DNA of 64,000 nucleotides. Origin: Trichoplax adhaerens (taxonomy: Eukaryota; Animalia; Placozoa). Both the position numbers and the translations under genes were made by a program. Shown piece by piece: positions 1-13,610 of this stretch. The notes below the pieces were generated by a model that was given only the letters and a program-made list of their open reading frames with translations, did no database searches and had not been told where the DNA came from. The DNA lies in the NCBI RefSeq assembly GCF_000150275.1, contig NW_002060946.1:2251454-2315453 (forward strand). Reading direction: 5' to 3'. Position 1 is the first letter of the stretch; each line of letters starts with the position of its first letter.

Positions 1-3000
1 AAGTAGCTAAACATGCAAATATGAAACCAGCAGTGTAGGAAATTAGCTGCCTAACTTCCAGTACTTCTGGAGGAGATTTTGGAATAACACCGGCTAAATG
101 AATGAAAGCAGAATAATATGCATAGAATGTAAACGATGTAATAATGCTTGCTAATGCAGCTATCTGTTAATAGTAATAATTCGCTCAAAGAAAACTAATA
201 TTAACGGGTGCACTAATTTATGCTAGTTAATTACGCTTACAGTTTCGTCATTTCTACATAATTTTAGCTATTCTTTTTCTAAGTGGGAGTTGAGGTAGCA
301 GTAAATGAGTACTAAATACTAAGAGAATTCTAGCAGTCTAATGGATAGCTGGTTTAAATATTTTCGAAGCTTATTTCACCACAAGTGTACAAACTGTTAC
401 ATTTATACGCATATTACTGCAGCTATACACTTAGGCTTAGAATTAACCTAATCAGTAACGTAACCAAATTTAAGCGACTTCGACGTTTTTTAGATTCAAC
501 AATTTCTTAGAGGTTAGACTATGTAAGATTATAATTAATATACTGGCCTGTTTTCTCATTTATTTCATCAAAATTATGTACTTTAAAATTAGAATTGTAG
601 CCATAAATTTTCTATCAGCTACTACATTCTGTATGATATATTATATTATATTTCTACGTATTCCTAATTTACTAATTTTGTAAAAATGTTATGAGCTAAG
701 TAATCTTACGGCATTCGTTCTAACGAAAATAAAAATATTTACATATAAACAAAATTGCACATTTCTACTAAAGAAAAATTTATGGGATCATACTTAATGC
801 ACTAACTCTTTTGATTTATTTCTTAAAAATTTTAAAATTGCATACTTTGAAATTAGAATTATAGTCATTAATTTGCTAATTTGATATCAGCTGCTATATT
901 CCTTTTTGATTTGCTATATCTCTAATAAATCCTAATTTACTGATTTTTAAAAATTTTATGAGTTGAATGATCAAATGAAATTCGTCCCAAGGAAATAAAA
1001 ATACTATACATATAAACAAATTGCGCATTCTATAGTAGAATATTAATTCGTCTTGGAACTAGATTAAAATAATCGTTAGGAGATGTCAGTAATGTTTTGT
1101 ACCTGGCCATGTGATTGGATTATCTTTATAGAATGATACTGATTTCGATTGTATATCGTAGATACCAACTGGAACCATTTCTAGGCTATCATTTCGATCT
1201 GTTTATTTTACCATCATGAAGTAAAAGATAGAGTAGGCATGAATAGGAAATAACAGCACTTTAGCAATATAGAAGATTAATTTAAAGAATTTTTAAAGGC
1301 AATATTATTTTTTGTTGCCATCTTGAAACGGTCATAACAGCAATAACTATTTGAAGGAAGAATAATACTTTTATTCGTGGATTTTAATGCAAGCTAATCC
1401 TATCTTACCTGGTAATTGCAAAATGTGAACATCTTCAATTCTTTCAAACCCATCGTAGCAAACATGACCCTTATGCACAATAGAAATGGTTGTAGGCTAT
1501 AAGTAAAACTTTAAGAAATAACTATCGAAAATTCTTTGTACTAATGACCATATATTATAAGTTTGTTTATGTAAATCAAGTAAAAGTCGCTAGATCTATT
1601 GATGATGTGTGGAAAATGGCGAAGCAATCATGGAAACATATTATGCCTATTATAATTTTAAAGGTATGTGGAATAACGAATAGCAATATTAAACGAGGAA
1701 ACTTTTTAGCATTTGCAACTACAAATCGTGAATACAATTAATGTAAGACTGCCATCATTTCGTTTCTAAGTTAGTTATAATGAATTGGTAGAAAGTTGAA
1801 AGGACTTACGGTTACACCATTAAATGAAGTATTTGTTAGGCTTTCATTTAGAATTGCCATAATAGCTTTATCAGAATAATTGAAATCTAATAAAGATTGG
1901 TTTCTTTTTTTCAATTCCGCATCGGTTTTATTCAAGGCCATAGCCAAAATCCAAACAGCATCGTAGGTATAGCCTTTCATATGATCATGATTGTGTGTAA
2001 CAAGAGAATTAGAGCGAAAGTATTGAAAAACTTTCCATGGTGTCTAAAAATGGTATCCATCATAAAAATAATCATGGTCAAGGGTAAATTCAATTAGTAA
2101 AGATATAAGTCAAAATTATGATTAACTGTATTGATATAAAATTATTCAAGATAATTGGTAATGAAGACCTCGCTATCAACAGAAAAGTTGAGCATTAGAG
2201 GGTATGCCAACTCAGAAAATAAGCTTCTTAAGAGAAAAGACAAGTCAAAATCATGATTAACTATATCGATCTAAACCAACATAAGATTTAAACATTAAAG
2301 GGTATATCTGCTTAGAATGTATGCTGTTTAAGAGACAGAATGAATCTAATATTTCTAAAATTAATTATATAACGTGCCAGTAAATTATATACCGTAAAGA
2401 TATCTTTAGAAATCATCTATATCTTAGCAGTAAGCAAACTGGAGTTCCATACTATGTTACACTAGTATCTTCATAGTCAGTAAATTAGGATCAAAATAAA
2501 TTCCTTTCTATAACAATAATGTAATTTTGTTCTTTTGATCGACAGTAATGTTTGTCCAGTTTAAGCACATTATTGAAAAGTATTTCGATGTGAAATTTCT
2601 GACCGTTCTTGCTGAAAGCAAGTATAAAAGAACTGATTAAGTTACAGCAATTTCTTAATTTAATTAATTATTAGTTATAAAGATTGCTTGGAGAATTTGC
2701 AATTAAGATCGTGGGTACTATTCAATTAATTGACTTATAGGACCCTAAATACAATTAATGCTAGTGCTTACTATGTAATAAATTTATGAATAACTTATTT
2801 GATCATCATTAATTACATTTCAAAGTACTAACTGTCATTGGAAAGCTCGATCAGAATAAACTAATAAGAATGTCACGGAAAAGGAACTCAATTGGGCTAA
2901 ATGTTAAAATCTTACCTTACCAGATATGGTCTCAGTTTTGTTATCATAGCGATTGAATGATCGATATGTGGCTAAATAATGATTTATTACTTCATAAATT

Positions 3001-6000
3001 TGATCTGTTGTGCATCCAATCTTCGGATCTGAAATTTCATACCATGCGTTATAGTACCAGCCAGGGAGGACCCACAGATACTTGTTGCCATATAAACCTG
3101 CTTTATATGCCTATTTAATTTAAGAATGGATGATATAATTTCACTCATAGTTAGGATTAATTTTTACAGTTTCACATATTGCATATCAAATATTAAACTC
3201 TTATGAGTGGAGCATAATCATCTGATATTATAATGTTACTCGATAATGCTGCTACTCTATCTTTTAACGTCCGATAGACTAAACATAGCTAATACAAGTC
3301 TTACATTCTTTCTTAATTATTATATCATATCATCTGATGGTTAATGTTCCATTACTTTTTGTATGTCTAAAGCGTTAAAGTAAGGAATATTTTGCATTTG
3401 ATATTCGCAATGAATTATCAGTGTTATACGAATAATTTACAAAAGAGCTTCATCCTTAGAATCCAGGATTAAAGTATAAGCCAAAAAGTACACGCCACAA
3501 ATTGATATTGCTAGTGAAATCATCATGTAAGGTACTATGCTTTTCGCATGGATATAAATGAAATAGGAGGAAGAGAATTTGTTGCACAGGTTTACTTAAA
3601 TTTATAAAGCTTACTGCACAAGCTAAATGTTGCATAGCGGTTATTTGCAATAGACCAAAAATAATACGAACGCCATTATCCTAAATTTATAAGTCATTTT
3701 AAATGTTAATTTAGGTTCGCAAGCAAATTATTAACTTTCCTGAAGAAATTCTCAATATATTGCAGTTTATTGAATTTGACAATTTTTACCTTAAAATTTT
3801 TAACTGTTTCATCGTAGGTATGCAGAATCCCTTGGGAAGAGCTGACTGTTACGTTATTCTTCTCCAGAAGTAAAATAAAGTTACTTGCAGACTATAGCAC
3901 GATATTGATTTGGGTTAGATATAGCGTAGAAATAGCTACGTTGAAATTTGTTTCTGAAGCAAAGTTCGTAACCTTTCAGACTTTCTATAACTATATTTGT
4001 TCCATCTTGATGATTGTAGTCTGTAATTATGCAATTTATCTTAAGAGCAAATCTTTCAACTGAGTAGGTTTCCCGCCGTGATGACTTTCGAACTTAATGA
4101 TTAGATTATAACTATACAGACACATTTCTATAACAGATCTTTCGACCCCTCTATCTGCACCTTCTATCACTAAATCTGTTCGATCTTGATGACTGTAATC
4201 TATTACTAGGCAATTTTGCCTCCAGAATAAATCCTTCAACTGTTAAAGCTTTCCTTGCTATGATGGATCAGAGCCATGATTAAGTTCAATAATTGCACAA
4301 TCTTACTTCTGCATAGAAAATCTTTCAACTATTGTCTCTAATAGTTCTATTACTACAATTATTTGACCTTAATAACTGTAATTAGCAATGATAAGATATG
4401 TCTATCCTTATACTATATTTTCAATCGATATAATTATTCGATCCAAATGATTGTTATCTATTCGTAAATATGCGTAATTTAAGCTCTGAAGTAGATATTT
4501 TAAATGTCTAGACTTGCTTTCTTTCTATTGTAAAGGTAATTTCCCAATTCACGATCAGGATCTATAAGTATAGCATACTGTCTATCTTGTGAAATAAGTA
4601 AATAAATGATTGCATTAGTAGATTACCTACAGACGATATTTTCGATCGATGTTATTATCCGATCAGGATGATCGTTATCTGTATTTGCTTCGTTTTATCT
4701 CCGAAGTAGATATTTTGACTGTCTTGATTTACTGTCATTATATTAAAAAGATATTTTCCTGATTCTCGATCATGATCTATAAGTATAGCATACTGTCTAC
4801 CTTGTAAAATAAGTAAATACATGATTATATTGGTTGATTACATTTATCCACGGACTAAATTTTCGATCAATGTCATTATTCGATCCAAAAATCAATTTTT
4901 ATCTATATTTGTTTCATTTTATCGCGGCATTTGATATTTCAGCTGTCTAGCTTTATTACTATCATACTATAAAGACAACTGCTCAATTTACGATCATGAT
5001 CTATATGTACAGTATACTGTAGTGTCGACCCTTGCAAAATATGTCAATATTGATAATTACCCATGCAATCGATCTATGAGCTTAATTTTTGATTATCAAA
5101 ATCTGAAACAGATCTTGGTTTTCCTCTCTAATCTTAAAACACCAGCATCCTATTGACTTAAACTTAACTTACTGGAGAATATGATGTTGAAGCTTCATAA
5201 ACAACGGCAACGTCGGTCCAATTAAAGTGCTTGATGATAGCAACGTAAGATTCCATGTATAAATCGTCCGATATTGAACTACGGTAGAAATATGGATATT
5301 TTTGGCGATCATTGAGCAAGACGGAAATGGCACTTGGAGATACCTAAAGAAGAGAAGGATAAAAAGAAAATAGATCATAAGCATATCGTATTTAATCGCT
5401 ATCATAAGTATGCTATGAATTTCGCTGCTCAGCAGATGGAGTTATCAGTAAAATTTTGAAGAGAAATAATGAACTAAATGAAAATTAAACAGGCTAGACT
5501 TTGTAATTAAGTTTTCAATGTTTATTAACATCCTAAAGTAATTTTTTTAACAAGCGTAAATATAAATCAAACCGAACCTAAAACTCGCTGAGAGATAGAA
5601 TGTTTTAATGACTGTTCATCAATTTGAGAAAAATTGATGAAGTACAACTTTACTCTATAACTCTTGAAGACAGGTATAATTAAGTTGATGTAACAATTGC
5701 CGTTGATTAAGATATTCATAAAACCCAAGTAGTCCTATGTCATGTTATCTAGATTAAGTAACTTAATTAAGTAGCTCTTGAAGTTAGCATAGAAGATCCA
5801 ATACTAGTAGAGATATCTTATCTATCTTGATGATTATGATAACTGATATAATCATCGATTAAAATATATTGTTATTTATGTCTCATATAGAAAAGTAGAT
5901 GATAATATGCGGCACATTAATGTCAGTTGAGCCTACTACGATGCTAATTTGAAAGCTATAGTTACTTATAAGGTGTTAGAAGATGTTTTTATCAGCTCTA

Positions 6001-9000
6001 TATAATGTGAGATCTTTTTATAGTTGTTAGCTCTTATCCTCCATTACTATCGGACTCTCAATAAAACATAATAAATGCTATTACCAGCTGCTGGTATTTT
6101 GCTGGATTTAAATTTTATTATATCCTAGCTATAACTACTTAAAGCCAATTGATGAGAGTAGATATAATGATGATAGATTATATAGCATGACTACACTATC
6201 GTATTCACTCCTGATCGTAAATACGTCTAATGAGACGTGGTAATAAGGTATGAGATGAAATCAGTAGGCCTTATTTTAAGAGACTGTGTCTGATGTGAAG
6301 ATAATAAAGGCCATACTTAATATATGTCACAATATATGTAATCATTAATTTAATTATGCTTTATGGCAACCAAAACCTTCGAATCATTGCAATATTATTA
6401 ATGTTATCTAATTATTGTTAGCTACCATAGCAAGATTCCAGTTTTTTGCCGTTAATCCAACTGCTTCGGCTACGGAAGATATTATTGGTCCAATAACGCC
6501 ATATATTTTAGTATTACCCATCAATACTCGAAGGTATTTATCCACTCCAATAGCAGGGTCAAACTGAAACAAATTATATGTAAACGTTACTTAGTTAGTA
6601 AGACAATTATTCTATTAGCTGCTTTAGAATATGCATGATATACTTTAAAGAAATGCGTTGAATTCAATGTCGAAAGAAACAAGCTCATCAATCTTACTAT
6701 TAATACCAGGCAACATAAAAATATGCCTTACTCCAAGCTGTATTAATGTCAAGATGAAAGTACCCGATTACCAGCAATTATGTTGATATATATTAATTAA
6801 CTTCTGTGAATCATAACTTTAAATACCAAATAATTATATTTCTGTTCCTACTAACAGTTAGTCATATAATTTTATGAGTTACTTTTTCGATTATAATTAT
6901 CATTGACTATATCTTGAGTTTGTAAGAGCGTCATAAGACTTATTTGGGACATGCCAGAATTACTTGTGGTATCTAGTGAGCAAAGTTTAAACGTCGAGTG
7001 AAGCTTTTACACCAGCAGTAATTGTTGCAGCATATTTGATTATCATGTTGAAATAACGCAAGTAGATATTTGCTTAATTGAAAAATGTTGATACTCTCAA
7101 TCAGTAACCATCTATAAGGCAAGAAAGGTTGAAAAGTAATCACGATTTTGTGCCGAGTTAAAATATATTTTAGCTAATAATACGTCTTGTTTTTCTAACT
7201 CATTTTACTAGATATCATACAACTTCTTATTTATTTTCTGTCTATTTGAACATTTGAGAGTCCTCTATAATTAGTCGTCCTATTGTAATAAATTCGATGC
7301 GAACGTATGCTTTCTTAACGTGAATGATGGTAAAAAATAGTTTAAGATAACATTATCGCGATGTTAAATGTGTTGATACGGATGGAACTGGCAAATCAAT
7401 TGCAAAGGAATAAAATAGAAATGAAATGGCTTTCCCTCTCTATTTTGCGTAAACTAATATTTGCCTAGTCACTGTTGACAAGCAGAGTGAAAGCCAGACT
7501 ACAAAAGCAATTTATATCCTGAAAAATTTCGATTTTAAAAGGGCTTTCTACTTCCTTATTTTTCGATATCATATTGGTAAAGGCGTTATAAATCACTCTA
7601 CTCTGCCGTAGTTGTCAAAGTAAAGGTGAAAGTTCGTGATTTTAGAGGCAAATAAAAAATAATATGCTAAACTTATTGACAAGAATTGAGAGCGAAATAA
7701 ATAGCAATTTAGCAACTCTCTAATAAACAATCACACTATCAATGGTGTCATCACATCACTTTATGATCCTAAATGGTTAGGAGTAAACTATAATAATAGA
7801 TTAGCCAGAAAAATCTTCACTATTCTACATAAGATAGTAGAATGATTTCCTTTTAGATAAGCTTAAATAATTTACGATTGTTTAGACTACTAATATAATT
7901 TAATAATGAGCTAGCAAAGTAATATCTATCGCTTCTAATTTAACAAAAACCTTACTTTACTCCAACTGTATTTCTCGGAATTTGCTGTTAGCTACTGTAC
8001 GTAATATATCAACGTAATGCTTCGATTGGATTTTATTATTAAATAAATTCAATTACTATACAAGCTAGATAGAAAGTTTTTCATTCAATAATATTGGTAT
8101 GATGCAATTTGGTATAATTGTAATAGTTTAATTTTACCAATTGGCCTAATTAAAGGAAATATCTAGTCATATAGTTGGAAAATGTTCAGAAATCATGATT
8201 ATAAATTTAGATGCCTTGAAGCAATCATTCTTCACATAATTGATAAGCAACATTTTACCGTAAATAAGAAAAGCTGGACTGAAAAAATGTATTGATGTAG
8301 TCTTTACCAACTGCGATATACTCTTTATATATCAGCTCAATTGATAATAACCAACTAAAGCAACTTTGAAATTATTCTAAAGTGGTTACTATAAATTTAT
8401 ACGTTATGCCTAATGTTAGCATATTTGTCAAAAATAGTCAAAACTTCAATAAGTATCGCTATTTCTGAGAAAAGCAAGACTGAACAAAATATATTGAACG
8501 TCAACGGTGGATATTCATTATGTAGACAGATTGCATTGTAAAAATTTCATGACAAGGTTACTCAGGTCAATTTCAAAAGATTTAAGCATAATCTACCACA
8601 AGAATAGTTTAGAATTGAACTGAAGATATAATCTTTTAAGTTTACATGCGAACATTAATCTTGAAAACGAATAAAATCTTATTAATTTTATGACAAAGTC
8701 TGTTAAGTAGTTAACTTTAACTACTTAATTAATATTAATTTTGCATGATGTAAGCCTGGCGAAATAAACGGATGCAATAACTAAATTTCTCAGCTATACA
8801 ACGTTAAGTGCGTTCTGAGAAATAAAAAACTTACAAGTCCTAACTTTAAATCGTTCCGCTATTTATGAATATACAAAAATAAAAAGCAATTTTTATATAA
8901 AGTAAAATATGTATCGAAAGTTAAATTGAATGACTAGTCTACGATTTATTGCATTGTCATTACAGTAAGATATTCATTCTATCATCCAGTATTTTTCTTC

Positions 9001-12000
9001 CAGACTCGAGTGTCAACTCTTATCTAATGGACTTATAAAGATAGGAAAAATAAATATTTATTTTCGTTTGAATATCCGGAGAAAGTATAGGTAGCTTGAC
9101 AAATATGTACAATATGGCCTAAGGCCATTTGTGCCTAGTTCTTTCGAGACCTCTGTTAAGTTTCTACAGTAGCTAGGACCAAGCAATAATTGTATCTAGT
9201 ATGGCTAAGAAAATAAGTTGATATATAGATACTAACTAAAATAATCAATTAAAATATCCATTAATATGTATACTTATAATAGATTACTCTTTCACTTTAT
9301 TACAAGTCTCTTTTATTAGCTACTGTTAGGCTCAAAACACTTCTCGACACGAATTTAAATTAATAAGTTTTGAAATCTTGTAAGTTGACTATTATAAATA
9401 ATCTAGAAAACTACAGATATGCTTGTTACCGGATTTTTAGCACAGCATAGAGGACGTATAATTAATGTTTATAGATTAATAAAGTTATTTTTTCAACTTA
9501 AGCTTAAGTAAAGTAAATAATAAAATATTTCAACTACAACTTATTTGGCTATTTTAACCCCAATAGGACTAATAAATTCATTTTGCTAACAAAAACTCTA
9601 ATTTATCACTTTTTAAACTATCGATTTTAGCTGAATGGCTAACTAATTTCCCCATTGATACATTATATTCTTTCGTAGCCGCAAAATATAAGTAGAAGAT
9701 GACTAATTCTTATTACATATTCGACAGCAGCCATATAGAAAATCATCCTCGTATAAAATACAACCAGTATAATAGAGCTAGTAACCTATTTTATTTTCAG
9801 ATCTACGCATACTTTACTCAAATCCACTTAAGTCTTACGGTAGAAATAGAAGAAAAGATCTTGTAATCAAGTGCATTAAGCGTCAAGATTAACTTAAGAC
9901 CATGATAGCCTAATTATTTTTGAAAAGATTTTGACCCGTAATAGCCGTGTAAAAGATTCTCTTATTAGTTAAAAAGTTTTTTTCCCATCGTCAATCTTAC
10001 CGCACCTTTCTCTCTTTTAATTTATTAACCTTTTAATAAACTATAAATCTAATGAAGCTCTGTAAGTGGCCGTATAACTTCTGAACTCACCCTTATTGGA
10101 TCTATACTTATGATTAAATTGATTTTTACTGTATATAAGAGTGAAAATAAATCATTCATTGATGGAGTTATCATTTCTCCTTGTTAACATAGTAATGGAA
10201 TGGAATTGACTTCAAAATTAAATTAGGCCGGTCGCTGTGGCATCTAACACAATTCGTTATTTCCTTCTACATACAACAGAACTACTAGTGATTAAAAAAA
10301 TAAAATTAGTCAGGTAGCTGTGGTATCGATTTGTTGCTTCCTTCTATATACTAGAGTAGCACATAGAGCGATAATAATAGATCAAAAAATCTTTTCTATG
10401 GCGCAATTAGTGCCTCCTTCATTTCAATAAAATGCTAATTTCATAAGTAACCCTAGATTTATCAGCAACTTTAAGGTGTGGTATGACTATAGCCCTGGAT
10501 GAAACAAAATAGCTGATTTCTAAGTCATATACTACAGACGGGGGTCATATCTGGCAGTACAGATTAAACATCTTTTAATTAACTATTCAATCATGGTTGG
10601 CGCCAGTATGTCTTTGAAAAAAGAAATAGAGCCTATGTTAAAATGGATGTTATTTCTCTTTAATAGAAGCCTTCATTGAGGAAAAAAACTGCTTTCTAAC
10701 CTAGCTGATTTAATTGTCCATTTCCTTGTTATTTATTTTTAATCTATTAACAGAATTGTGTGCCATTTACATCATTACGAATAATGGTGTAGTCACCGTT
10801 GCCTACGCTTGGAATATTTTCAACGATTTGAGCAATAAATTTGTTACCAATGGTACCTAAATTCATTCTAATCTTGATTTACCCTTACATTAGCATCTAC
10901 GAGTATTTGTATACTAAGCATCCCCTTTTTTTGCATCATTCTCAATACTCAACAATATTAATTTAAAATGTTTGCTCTCATTCATCAATGGGACTTGTTT
11001 GCTAAAGACATTATTAAACTCTAAAGATTTTATTATTACTGTTGGCCGATTGTCTCATGTTAGCCTAGTCTTGAATTGAAGGATATCCAATGTTGAATAT
11101 TAGACATCTCCATGATTCAGATAGAATAGCTAGCAACTGATGATGGAATCTGGTCATCAAAATGATTCATTATGCAGACAGGAATCAATCTATTATTAGT
11201 AAAGCATTGACTCTGCGAAAAATTTTGACAGATCAAATAAAAAATATGGCCAATCTGTTTCAGTTTCTTAACTAGATACTTCTTTTGCCATTTTAATTAG
11301 TGCTTGTTGCGTCTTGTTTCTCCCTCATCTTAACTTCCTCCTGGTTTACTTCCGTAAAATAATTCGATTTTGATGGTGAAAAATGGCGTGAACCTGTCTA
11401 TAAGTTGCTAATTTACAGGTCATAGACGACTAGTTAGAGAAAGAATGGCTAGTCAATCTACCGTAAATGGGCTATTTCTGTTTCGTTAGATAAATGGGCA
11501 CACTACGATAAATTTATGTGTTTTTTCTCTATCAAGTTACCAGCTAACGATCAGTAGACACTGTAATGCCATATCTCTTTTGCAATAATAATATAAGGCT
11601 TCCTTACTGGATAATAGGACACTTTATGTGATTATTTGTTGAAATGGTACAATTCCCGAGAGGTAGCCATTTTGAGTTAAAAGTATAGAAATATAAATAT
11701 GAATATAAAAAGAAACTGCTAATGTTCCGTGTTACAGTGTTAAATACTGTATTACAGTAAAAATATCTATGTTAGGATAGTACTGTTAGACTATCCTTAA
11801 TTAGTTAACTTCTAATTTGGATATAGTATGTTTTAATATAGCACTGACTTTTTATGACAGTGACGCTTATACACATACTGAAATTAATAGTTATAATAGG
11901 GAATGCAAATCATCTACTTACAGTTCGAATCATTGTGATTGCAATTTACTTATGGTAGATTGTAAATTATCATGGAAATGTTCCGTGATATGACATATTG

Positions 12001-13610
12001 TAATCTGACTATTCTGTATTAGTTATTACATGTCTATATTCGTAAATACTGTTGTCTGCATTGAGGGAGCAGTAGCTAAACTTAATATCTACTTCAGTAA
12101 ATGATTCCGAGGTTAATTGTATTAACTATGACTCATGAACTATTGAGGAATAGTATATAAATGCAGTATATCGTGAAATAAAGAGAATTCTCCAACTTAG
12201 TGTTTAACATAAAATACGAGGTGTTTAAATCTTTGTGTAGTCTGCTAGTAGAGCAAAAGTGTTTCTGATAGTGCAGATATCGTTCCTTGATACGTAGTTC
12301 AAGGAATTGACTTATTGATCGTACATTACGTTATCTTGTTGCAAAGCTGTTTTGTGACATTCCGTCAAACTAGAGATTCATTATATAGATTAGAAATAGG
12401 AGAATAGTGTTATTAGTTGTATACAGATTCCAACACTTCTATTTTCTAGATCTCTATCCTAAAATCGATATTATGCGCTATAGTAGCTCCGAAATACAAA
12501 AATCATAATGGTAAATATGATTATGGAAAATAATATCTTTTACGTGTAAATATGTGATCATTACCGATAATGATGGTTAAAACTTGAATCACTACATTAT
12601 GGTCAAAACTTATATAGGTGAAGTTGGAGTAAGGAATATCCGATATAATGATGATCAAATCGTTTAGTTAATTACTTTTTGTTGTTGAGAGCTATGTCCA
12701 GTAGTTAGAAAACGAGAACATTTAAACTTGGTCAACTTTCCCTAAAAATTATTATGGTGAAATCGATATTGCTATCGCCTAGCTTTTAAGATCGGATATT
12801 AAAATTTGAATCATATTATGGTAAGTATTTGTATAAGTAATTTGGAGTATGAAATTCTGATATAGAAGTGATCAGGTCGTTTAGTAATATATCAACTTTT
12901 GTTGTAAGCTATATCAAATAGTTAGAAAATAGTAATATTTAACATTGATCAATTTTCCTAAAACTAAACTATCATGACAAATTAAATATTGCCGTCATTA
13001 TCTAGATTTGAAGATTAAATTTTAAGCAAAAGCGATCCGATTCATTAAAATAGTAGCATTAAATTACGTAAGATTAAGTAAAAATTTTAGCTATTGCTTA
13101 GTTTTGAAGATCAGATTTCTTGGAAAAGCGATCCGCTTATTAAATAATAGAAATAGATTACGCAAAATGGAGTGCAAATTTGAGCTATTGCTTTGCTTTG
13201 AAGATCGGATTTTAAGTAAAAGCAATCCGTTTTACCAAAATAGTGCCATTGTCATTAGTGAGATGAAGTAAAAATTAGTACAATTTCAAATTAAAAAAGA
13301 AACATTAAAAGTAGGCCAAGAAAAGACTTACATTATTAAATTGAAACTCTGTCTGTAGATGATATCCTTCCAAAATATCTGCTTTAGCATTGATATCTTG
13401 GAGAGCTAAATTAACAGCAGCGTATTGATCATAACCATACCATTTTTTTGGAATCCGGTTAGGTATAAAGGTGGCAATATCAATTATTTTTATCTCGGAT
13501 ACATTAGAATATTGATTTGATGGAATTGTAATAATCGGATTGAAATAGATGGAAACGATAAATAAAGTAGCTACAGCACCAATACGATGTATTTTTAATA
13601 AATTCAACAT
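1..13610 (-). CDS. GABA-B receptor-like class C GPCR, paralog 1 (5' part; 7TM region continues beyond window start)
   Basis: Spliced exons (minus): 13332-13610, 6426-6563, 5173-5343, 3790-3891, 3615-3680, 2916-3110, 1810-2043, 1409-1469, 1103-1198, 1-93. All are GT-AG and in frame. Signal peptide, then Venus-flytrap motifs AVNLALQDINAKADILEGYHL, GPIISSVAEAVGLTAKNWNL, DRQKYPYFYRS, AYKAGLYGNKYLWVLPGWY, YTYDAVWILAMALN, then the start of TM1. Exon phases match paralog 2. Confidence 0.93.
579..1035. repeat. Imperfect direct duplication (about 265 bp period) in an intron
   Basis: tactttaaaattagaattgtag...catataaacaaaattgcac is repeated starting at about 579 and about 843. Confidence 0.75.
3960..5070. 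repeat. Two adjacent degenerate tandem arrays (about 180 bp and about 220 bp units)
   Basis: gatctataagtatagcatactgtc at about 4559, 4773 and 4998; atcttgatga(t/c)tgta at about 4004 and 4183; at(c/t)ttcaactg repeats. Confidence 0.7.
11730..12359 (+). mobile_element. Solo LTR, family A (630 bp)
   Basis: TGTTACA...TGTGACA ends, perfect 5-bp TSD TTCCG on both sides, TATATAAA at about 12155 then AATAAA at about 12177. Near-identical inverted copy at 20430-21062. Confidence 0.9.
12560..13300. repeat. Degenerate tandem repeats (about 235 bp and about 95 bp units) next to paralog 1 exon 1
   Basis: tcgtttagt...agttagaaaa is duplicated. gaagatc.gattt...aaaagcgatccg occurs at about 13010, 13107 and 13200. 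Confidence 0.65.

Noticed and set aside
1897-2097. ORFs antisense to or out of frame with real exons (this one, and 5169-5405, 24126-24314, 28018-28215, 48437-48652, 52972-53157, 57489-57686, 59532-59726)
   Set aside because: They are shadows of the reconstructed genes.
3790-3891. Suspected frameshift or pseudogenisation in paralog 1 exon 4
   Set aside because: Re-reading gives a 102-nt open exon, equal in length to the paralog 2 exon.
10500-11400. Possible transposase or pol remnant in paralog 1 intron 1
   Set aside because: The frames tested were interrupted and gave no recognisable motif.
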